Shown here: piece after piece, positions 51,533 through 60,868 of the stretch
How the letters are laid out: each line of letters opens with the position of its first letter
Numbering within the stretch: position 1 is the first letter of the stretch
Source of the DNA: Lingula anatina
Taxonomy: Eukaryota; Animalia; Brachiopoda
NCBI GenBank assembly: GCA_051362555.1
Contig: CM120640.1
Coordinates: 34,305,967 to 34,369,966 of the forward strand
Reading direction: 5' to 3'
DNA: 64,000 nucleotides
Notes under the pieces: model-generated
What the model was told of the DNA's origin: nothing
What the model saw: the letters and a program-made list of their open reading frames with translations, nothing else
Database searches by the model: none
Program-made: the position numbers and the translations under genes

Positions 51533-54500
51533 TATTTTTTGTTTATTCAGGCAACCTAGAATTTACATAAAAATGTTTATGTGAAGGTGATTAAGCACAT
51601 AAAATTTATTTTTCATTTTTTCATAAATATGGGATTTACAGAGATGAGTGATGAACAATATGTTTTCCAAAGCCATGATATTTTTAAAGTATACCATCTT
51701 TATACAATTATATTGAAATCATTGAGATTTAAAGTTTACTTTCTAAGAAAAAAAATTACAGTTACATATAACACACCACAGCCACTCACTGTCAAACATG
51801 CAGTATACATATCAATGACTACACTTAAAACATTTTCAAAAAATGACAGCCTCAATTTTTTAGAATGGCTGGACCCCTCTCCATTTTGCTGCAAAGGCAG
51901 GCTACTTGAAGGTGGTGAAGTTATTGATAGAGAGTGGTGCTGCACCCAAGTATGAATCTAAGGAAGGGAAGGTACCCATCTGCTATGCTGCAGCCATGAA
52001 TCACACCGAGGTGGTCAGTTATCTTATGAAGAGAGACCACAACACACAGCATTTGATGGACGATAAGAAGGTAAGGAATTTTGGCTGCTTCCACATTCCT
52101 TATGGGTGCAGGAAGGTCAGGCAGAGTGCAGGTATCCTTTCCAGGAAAGATGTTGATTTGATATTTAACTGTGTCATATACAGAAATGTTATACTCTTAT
52201 TTATTGGTACTCCAGCTCAATGCAATCAAAAATCTCATCTTATGTAATCCTACATAAAACGCATATGCAATTATGAAATCCCTCAAACCAGGAACATTTA
52301 GAGGAAGAACTTGTTTAATACAAAAAAAAAAAGAATGACATAGTTCAGGTTAATTCAATCCTTGTCACACAGGTTCATCATTAGTCTTAATATTTTAATA
52401 ACAAGAAGCATAGGTTTAATTAGACAAAATGGCTTAATATTTATTTAGATTAATTTTTTTTTTATTCATATCCCAGTTTGTATTTGACCTGATGGTGTGT
52501 GGCAAGACCAACAATAACAGATCCATCCAGGAGTTCATCACACTGTCCCCAGCCCCAGTGGACACAGCAGCCAAGATGTCCAAGAATTTTGCCCTTCTGG
52601 CCATCAGGGAGAAGGAGCGGTCAAGGGATCTCCTGCATGCCGGCGCATACTGTGAGAAAATGGCTACGGAATTAATGGCCATTGCCTCCGGAACCAACGG
52701 AGCATCAGCTTTACTCAAATCTGTTGACTGCCGTGGAACACCTTTCTTGGACATACTCATTGAAAATGAGCAGAAGGAAGTAGTTTCCCACCCAACAATT
52801 CAGAAATACTTATCAGACGTTTGGAAAGGAAATTTGAAATGGAACACATGGAAAGTAGTGATGGTTTTCACATTGTTCCTGATCGTACCCCCAGTGTGGG
52901 TTTACTTCTCATTGCCACTTAGGAACCGCTACAACAAAGTTCCGCTCATTAAGTTCATGTCATATTTAGTCTCGCATTTCTACTTAATTATACTATTTAT
53001 TATGACAACTGTTGCACCCATTTATCCAATCTTTCAGTCTGGGTCACTCATACCCCATTGGTACGAGTGGCTACTATTGGCATGGCTGTCTGGACTTCTG
53101 GTCTCAGAGCTGACCAATCCAGGTGACAGGGCAGGGTTAGGGTGGATTAAAGTATTTGTGATAGCAGTTAGTGCACTGGGAATCGTGGTCCATCTTCTAG
53201 CATTTGCATTTAAGGAAGACGAGCGCTATGTGTGCTTATATGTGAGGAATCAATTTTTTGCCCTGGCATTACTGTTCTGTTTTGTGTTGCTGCTGGATTT
53301 TCTTTCATTTCATCACTTATTTGGACCATGGGCAATTATTATCAGAGATTTGATGAAGGATTTGATCAGATTTTTGGTCATTTTGTTGGCCTTCATGCTA
53401 GGATTCACTCTTCATCTCTCAGCAATTTATCAGCCAGTGTATCCACCACAAGTATCAAATTCATCCATTGGTCAAGGAAATGGAGGAGGAGGAGCCAAAA
53501 GTCTCACGCCAATAGATACTTTTGAACTTCTGTTTTTTTCCCTATTTGGTCTCATCGAGCCTGATACTTTACCTACAATAGCCCAGAGCCCTGACTGGAC
53601 AATTAACTTAGTGAAATCTGTATTTGGAGCTTATATGTTAGTGACTCTCATTGTGTTGATAAATCTGTTAATTGCCATGATGTCTGACACATACCAGAGG
53701 ATTCAGGCACAGTCAGATGTGGAGTGGAAGTTTGGGCGAGCTAAGTTGATCAGAAACATGAATAGAACCTCAGCTACTCCATCTCCTCTGAACCTTTTCA
53801 CCAAGCTCATCACTTACTGCAAAGTGGCTTACAAACACAAAGGTAAGAGGACTTTCAGTTACAGTGCAAAAATTTAGAATAAAAGAGAAACTATGTTCCA
53901 GAATTTAAGATAAACAGTATTCAGAAGGAACTTTTATGATATATAGTTTTGTATTTTGCAGCAGGGCCTGGGGAATATATGACTCAAAATTTCCTCAATA
54001 TTCATTATGATTTGATAAAATAATAACTGATCTTATTATTTAACAAACAAAAAGCAAGGTGATAATAATAAATTAAGATAGAAAAATGGGCTACTTAGCC
54101 AAACCAAAAAGGTATGCTGGACTTCACTATCCCTTCATATTTGACCTTCTACATGTGCGTTTTATTTTCTGTATATTTCAGGCAAAATATGCAGTGCTGA
54201 GGCCCAGAGCTACATCCATGAAGAGGAGGACCTGAATGAGGATTATGATGCTAGATCTGTGGACCTGTTACAAAATAACCAAGTCATGCTCAGGAATATG
54301 ATGAGGAGAAATACTCAAGTGGCTCCTGAATGTGAGCAATGTATTTTTAATAAAAGTGTATTGCTGTTTACACAATAATAAAAAAAGTGATCACATTAAG
54401 AAAAATAAATTGTTTGGAGTTTACTTTTGCAAAATGATGCTGAACAGGATGTAGTTCAGTTAGATGATAAATAAAAAGAGGATTGATTAAAATATTTATT

Positions 54501-54946
54501 TAAGAACAGGATGTATTGAGGAGAAAATTTTGTCATTTTATTTCTGTTACAAATATGTTTGTATCTTATTTATTAATTGAGGTAAATTCACATACTTGAT
54601 ATCAACTACATAACATAACAATTAACATGCAGATATTGTACTAACTGCCAATTTTCAAATTCAATTTAATAATATTCACCTTATTGCAAAAAAAGAAATT
54701 TTGAAAAATTTCACAATATATATCCTTGTACATTTTCCAGCCTATTTGCGTGCTCCGCAGCAGAGAGGTCCTCAATGCATAGATGATGTGATAGACTGGC
54801 AGTTTGTTGTCCACAAGTATTTGGAGGTCAACAACCTGTTGGATGAACACTCAGACGAGGAAGAGGACAACAGTAAACACTTCAAGAAGGATAACCACTT
54901 GAAAGAAATTAATGAGAAGGTGACGGAAAATGGTGGGATTAAATGA
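24482..54946 (+). CDS. nompC: TRPN1/NompC mechanosensitive TRP channel, about 1672 aa, about 29-30 ankyrin repeats plus 6-TM TRP domain
   Basis: 28 exons: 24482-24721, 27859-27960, 34715-34813, 37276-37389, 38460-38564, 39524-39622, 39965-40066, 40445-40645, 41042-41140, 41574-41675, 41993-42193, 42542-42670, 42989-43117, 43569-43685, 44289-44387, 44764-44964, 45254-45352, 45585-45686, 47305-47409, 47707-47808, 48274-48372, 49608-49745, 50707-50814, 51257-51454, 51864-52070, 52477-53842, 54182-54331, 54741-54946; total 5019 nt, in frame. TRPN-like peptides RTKDGSTLMHIAS, KKGVPLHMPNK, SPAPVDTAAK, HHLFGPWAIII, LLFFSLFG and LINLLIAMMSDTYQRIQAQSDVEWKFG (TRP box). Confidence 0.95.
27289..27423 (+). 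CDS. Candidate alternative first coding exon of TRPN1 (45 aa)
   Basis: ACAATGG start in good context, open frame MADGISDETSSEFDPLF...SASQ, and a phase-0 donor CAA|GTGAGT compatible with exon 2 at 27859. Confidence 0.45.
33560..33645 (+). mobile_element. 5' fragment of a Helentron-associated (HINE/DINE-like) repeat
   Basis: TTTACCTGTGCCAAGGAGGTAATGTTTT followed by a degenerate GTTG/GTTT tract. It resembles the start at 57070. Confidence 0.4.
36033..36898. mobile_element. Non-autonomous DNA transposon with long TIRs and TACGG...CCGTA ends (IS3EU-like), in TRPN1 intron 3
   Basis: Left arm 36033-~36173 is the reverse complement of right arm ~36720-36898, with subrepeats CACCGCGGTG-AAAATAATTT. 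Flanks are GTGACC and GTGACA (5 of 6 match). An alternative reading is CTACGG...CCGTAG with a TGAC duplication. Confidence 0.85.
43344..43382 (+). repeat. (AAT)n microsatellite
   Basis: Read directly from the sequence. Confidence 0.9.
47913..47996. repeat. (TA)n microsatellite, about 42 units
   Basis: Read directly from the sequence. Confidence 0.95.
50434..50490. repeat. (TA)n microsatellite
   Basis: Read directly from the sequence. Confidence 0.95.
51478..51530 (+). repeat. (TTTA)n microsatellite
   Basis: Read directly from the sequence. Confidence 0.9.
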
Positions 54947-57191
54947 CCAGGAGTTGAACTATTTGGGTAGGAAGGGTAACATGTAAGAAAAATAAGTGAA
55001 GGGGTAACAAGTGGCAGTGAAATGAAATATGGACATTAACAGATACAGGTTTAAGAATAAAGTGTGCAGTGATAAAGAGCTGCTGTTTGAACAAAAAGCA
55101 TAGACACGTTCAAAAGAACATTTCTGGAAAGTCAAGAATCTACAGTGTAATTCTTTTCCATAAAATGCTAGTGGCCAATTTTTCAATTTTAATTTATTTA
55201 TATCACCTTCTTATATGTCAAATTTAGATTGGATTGGTTTTTATGGCAAATGCATTGCATTGTAATGTGGGGCATTAATATACTAGTACCATGTGTCTAT
55301 TAGCCAGTCACCTTGGAGAGAAGTTTGTTTTTGGCTTTTCTTCTTTTTTTCTCTCATTGAAACAGATGCACTGGTATGTATAAATATACAAGTATGTTGG
55401 ACAATGAAAATATTTAACCTTAAAGCATTTTTTGCAGTTATGTCTCATACTTTTTTCATTTATTTAACTGAACAGAAATATTTTGTGTAATTGTTACTTT
55501 ACTCCACGACAATAATTATATTTATATCCAAATATGATTGCAAGTGATAGATATTAACTACATTGTGAAAAAAAATCACTATCATAGTCCAAGATTATGT
55601 GTATTTTTGTTATATGAATATTTTGATTCTGTATAAGCAGAGCTTTTTCTAGAATGTGGCAGATGGTACTGCTGAGCAGCACTACTAGTTCATGTAGATG
55701 AATATTGTGTAGACCCCCAGTCAGTAGGCACAGTCATATCGGTAGATATAAGGCAGTTTCTTTAGCTTTTGAACATTTGTAAACTGTAGTCACCACCCCA
55801 GTGATAGTTCACCTGTGAGACAAGCTTGAAGATGTGGAGAGTGAAACTACTGTTATTCTGACTATAACGACTACCCTTTATCTACAGGTGGCATGTGATA
55901 ACAGGGAGAATGCCTTAGAACCAGTGAAATTGTTGATTAAAGTTTAAAAAAAAAATAAAGAAAAAGACATAATTGTTGTCTTCTTATAATATCTGTATGA
56001 CCAGTTGAAACACTTAAGATTTCTAATTGGCAACAATAAAGTTGTTTAAAGTGAAGGTTATTATTCAGCTGAGTTACTTTGGATGCATTGATGGGCTTTT
56101 TTTTAACCATCTCATATTTTGGTCAATTTCTCTATGAAAAGTTATTTCAGAACATGTTGTGTATTGGAACTAATTGATTGACAGTGTTATCGGACCAGTG
56201 TGCATTAAAAGGAACCATTTTTTCAACATTTTTAAATATTTGTATGAAATAACTCTAACTGTAACCTTAAACATGCTTTTACTTTGGAAGTTATATAGTC
56301 ATTGCTTTTGTTATGAGTTGTTGTGATGTTTTTAAATAATCTTCAAATGATCAATATGAGAAGTATTTGGAATAATTGTGTGACAATATTTCTATAAATT
56401 TGTAATTATATTTCATTGCCATCCTAATCATACCTGGGTTCCCGTAAGGTTCAACTTAAGGTTCTGTTTACTTTTTTCTGTGCATGGTTTCATTAATTTT
56501 ACTTTCTTTGTTGTGACTCATCATATTTGGAGTTAAAGTATTTCTGCTTTATACCAGTGCCATTCATTGCATTTTCTAAATTAAAAAAAATTACCTTCGT
56601 GTTATTGACCATAGCCTCCAAATAATAATTGTACAATCAAGAAATATGAGAGAACTTCATTATTGAACAGTAACTTTTAGCATCACCTCAAATTTGTGCA
56701 AGTATGTGTATCCTTTGAACAATACACAATAGTCTTGTTGGGACTCTTTGGAAATTTAATTTTTATCTTTGCCTTCATGAAAAATGCAACAACTGTACAT
56801 GTATTATTGCAGAAAGTATGCCTTGCATTTGAAGTGCAATATACCAGCTGTGAAATAAAAAAATATTTTCAGTCATAACTCATTCTTGGCTCATTTATTA
56901 GTTTTGTATTGGTAATTTGTAGTCGTGTGGAGAACTTATTCTTTTAAGTTCTACTATAATAACATGTCCGAAACTCTTTGTACCTAAAACTTGCCGACAA
57001 GGACCTAAAAAGGGATGGTTGGAAAATGGTTCTCTTGAGAAATAACTCAAGAAATTATACTTTAAAAGTTATTATTACCATCCCCCAAAGAGGTATAATA
57101 GTTTTCGTTACCTGTTAGCAGTTTTATGCAAAAAGTGTCAAGAAACTGAGGGTCTTTGTATCAGGGTGCCCACCCTAGATGTAATTATACA

Positions 57192-57434
57192 GGACCATTC
57201 CCAGACCCTATTGTACAAAGTGTAGGATCGATCTATCTCCAAGGGGATTCTTGCTAAATTGCAATCAGCGGTCTAGATGTCTGTCATGCCTACTGAAGCT
57301 GCTAGGGGGTAATTATGGTTTAGCAGCATCAGTAGGTGTGCCAGACATGTAAGCAGTTTAAGCTGGAAACAATTTAGCGAGAAACCCCATGGAGACGGAT
57401 CGATCCTGTTAGATTGATCTAGGTATGAGAACCC
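57192..57434. mobile_element. Foldback MITE (imperfect hairpin of about 180 bp)
   Basis: GGATCGATCTATCTCCAAGGGG...GCTAAATTG...CCTACTGAAGCTGCTA pairs with TAGCAGCATCAGTAGG...CAATTTAGC...CCCCATGGAGACGGATCGATCC (57225-57406). Confidence 0.7.
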
Positions 57435-57489
57435 AGTTTTAAAGTATCCACCTATATCCAGAGATCAAGACAACTTCAGGAGACATTCT

Positions 57490-57675
57490 CCAGATAGTGG
57501 AAGACCTCAGATACTTAGGGTCACGCACCATCAGCACTGAAAAGATGTCAGCACTAGAAAAGGTCAAGCTTGGGGAGCACTGAATAGACTGAATAAAATA
57601 GTTGCAGCTGTCCCTTGAGCGCAAAATCAGGCTGCATGTTGTGTTTGTAGCAGTGGTAGAATCAGTGTTACTTAC
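57490..57675 (+). mobile_element. RTE/RTE-X-like LINE fragment (C-terminal RT region, frameshifted)
   Basis: Translates with frameshifts to IVEDLRYLGS...EKDVSTRKGQAWGALNRLNKI...RKIRL...AVVESVLL, the post-RT YLGS...W...VESVLLYG pattern of RTE-group LINEs. Confidence 0.7.
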
Positions 57676-59081
57676 AAAGGCAATGGAAAAAATCGCTAAA
57701 TGGTGCGTGTACCAGGGTGCTAACAGTTGCATACGGGGTGCCTGCTGCACAAAAAATGACCAACCCCCAACTTTATGAGGACTTGCTTTTAATTTCAGAG
57801 AAGAACGTGTGGATCAGGTAATTGGGTCAAAATCTAGGCTTACCTGTGCAAATTAAGGGGTAACAGGATTCTGTCAGGATTCTGTCATGAGGAACTCTCA
57901 CGTCATAGCTTTATGCAAAAAGAAATGAACGGAGTTTGCGGAAATTTTGAGGATAGGTCACAAATGGGTCAAGGAAGAAATGGTTAGATTATTGTGATGA
58001 TTACTTAATTAATTAATGGTTAATTATTAGTCAATTATTTGTTTTTGATGAAAATATCAGATAGGTCACAAATGGGCCAAAGAAGAAATATATAGATTTG
58101 GTGATAAACCATTAATTAATTAATGGTTAGTTATGAGTCATTTAACCATTAATTGATTAATGATTAATAATTGGTTAATTATGTCTTGGCTTAGGTCTAA
58201 GCTTTCTGAGTGCATTTTGTTTATACTGATTTCTTTCTGTACTGATCGCGCTTTTACCTCTTTTCGTGCGAACAGCTTTTGCGTGATCTAAAAAGATTCT
58301 AGTCAATGGGTGTTCAAAATTACTTTATTTGGCAGTCTCCTTTAGCACTAGATCACACCTAAAACTAGACATCTAAAATAGTTTTTCTCTTACATTATAT
58401 ACTTGAAATTTGAAAAGTTCACAGTCCAGCTGTCATCAACTAAATGAAAGTAACTTTTTTTTTTAGCAAAGTCAACCAGCACTTTGAAGCGTTAACATTT
58501 TTCACTCTTGCCTGCCGAAAAAATATACTTTTCGCACTACATGTACTTGACTCCTACTTGCGCTGAGTAATTCTTTTTCAAATAAATGGAATTCTGCTAG
58601 TTTGTAACTGGTGAAACCGCAACCACTTTACAACATTATTATGAAATATTAAAGCGCTTATATACATATGGTACATATATATATAAGATATTTAATAGAA
58701 CTTTTGTTCAGCACAAGAGGTAAATAACACACTTACAGACAACAAATTAGAATACGATTATCTTATGCAACGTAAAATATAGAAAGGACCTTAATATTAT
58801 TATTATTATTATTATGAACAAAACTGACAATTTGCATAATGTAACCATACTGTTAGCAAGACAAAGGCCCGTATACAATGCACTGGCAATCCATAACAAC
58901 GCATTGACCCGCACTAAAATTTACTAAAGGGCATCCTACATGACTATATGGAACATAACAGAAATTATCCTTGGGACTCTCTAGGAATTCCTAGGATTTA
59001 CTATGGGAGTCCTATCTAGTGTGTATATTTTATAGTGCATTTCTATAAGGGAAGTTGCTTCATAAATTCCACTTGATAAAG

Positions 59082-59576
59082 TTAAGAAGCTGCTTTCGCT
59101 TTTACGATATCGACATATGCCACAACCAAGTCATAACCAAAATCACTTGGACTGCGAGTAACATCTTCCTCAAACCTGCCAAAGAACTCGTCAATAATCT
59201 CCTTCTTTTCCTTTTCTGATCGACGTTCATCTAGACCAGACATAAAGATGGCTTCGCTCCATGCTCGGAACACATTAACGTATCTTCTTGCCTTGTGCGC
59301 CACGCTTAGTGGTTCATCATCTGGGGGGTAAGGTACATGTATCAAGATAAAACGTCAATGCATATCCATTGAAATAGCTTTCTTATTTCAGCATGTTCTT
59401 TTATGAATGTGACATTGAGAGAAACAAATATTGTTCGGTTGTTGTATATACGACTGGTCAAAGTTTGAAACAATTTACTCGTACTGCACCAGAAAAGGCA
59501 GAAGGAGTGCAGAATATGCTTTATTAATGAAAAATGCTTTTGAAATAAAACACTTTCCCTCAGTACCCCCCCCCCC

Positions 59577-59619
<43 letters not shown>

Positions 59620-60133
59620 GTAAGGTCTTTACCTAAGAATTCGTCATTCTTATGTTTCAAAGAGTAGTCCAATTGGATGACCTTCATCTCGATCGATACA
59701 AGTTTTAACCCCGCCTTCAAAACCTTGGAATCTTCATCCAAAAATGGCGCCTTGAACTCCTCTTCTGAACGCTGGTAAGATGAAATGTTTGTATTCAGAA
59801 ATTCTTCCTACAAAAAAGAACGGCACACCTACAACTCGCGTGCTAAAATAAAACATTGCTTCACCGTTGCATTATGGTACCAACGTCAAATCAGGCGTTT
59901 ACTTTTCTTTATCCGAAAGGAAAAAATCCCTTCCCATCCAAGTATACAAACTTAGTTGTCTCTTTTTACATCATACAATCCGGGAAAAGGCCCACCTTGG
60001 TTATCCGCCCCGCTGTTATAAATGAAAGCCATAAGTCCCTAAGGTACGAGATGTCTTTATCTTTGTAAAGCGCTTTACTGCCGGGATGCATGTTTTCCTT
60101 TGTAGCCAGAGCTAATATGATGATGTGGGCACC

Positions 60134-60174
<41 letters not shown>

Positions 60175-60825
60175 TTATTGTCATATTTATACATAAAAGT
60201 ATAAAATGAAAATTGGTATGATCTGTCCATAAAACAAAATACAATAGAATAATTAATATCCATTTTGCTCATTAGAAATACGTACTGCTGATGGGTAAAA
60301 ACTACTTAAAACGCGTGTGGAAGTTAACTTTAATGACCGTAGTCGACTTGATGACATAGGCATAAGTACACTATTCGCTGGCATGTGGTGACCAGGGTCA
60401 CCCGTGATTGACTTCACTTTCCTATCACAATGCAGCTGGCAGTTTTTACTACGAAATCGAGGCAATTCTTGTCTTCTGTTGTAGCACCACCGCACTAGGC
60501 GGTGAAAGAGAGTGTCAGTACAATGACCGCACGGTTAAATTTTGCCAGCAGTTTTTGCTTAACATAGAACGACTTCAAACGCCGTAGAAAGTATAGTCTT
60601 TGCTATGCCTTACAGACAATTTTATTTATGTTGATGCACTATAAGATCATCAGAGATATGTATGCCAAGAAATTAAAATCTTATATCATATAAGCCAAGA
60701 GTGAGTGAAAAGAAGTTATATTTTTATGACGAAAACGTACTTAAACGCTTGCGCATGGGTGCCAGCCTGCAAAAAATGTGTTATTAACATTTTAATACTC
60801 AAATCCAGCCGCAACCCTAACGTAC

Positions 60826-60868
<43 letters not shown>

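Larger units (their letters stand above)
57070..58218 (+). mobile_element. Degenerate Helentron-associated (HINE-like) element interrupted by younger insertions
   Basis: Start TTATTACC...CCAAAGAGG...TGTTAGCAG.TTTATGCAAAAAG. It resumes near 57910 with TTTATGCAAAAAG, has two copies of GATAGGTCACAAATGGG.CAA.GAAGAAAT, and ends TTGGCTTAGGTCT...TCTGAGTGCATTTT. Confidence 0.45.

Noticed and set aside
24482-52070. Separate ankyrin-repeat gene (for example ANKRD28/44-like) upstream of a TRP gene
   Set aside because: All exons join in frame with the channel exon, and the repeats carry TRPN-like sequences, so it is one gene.
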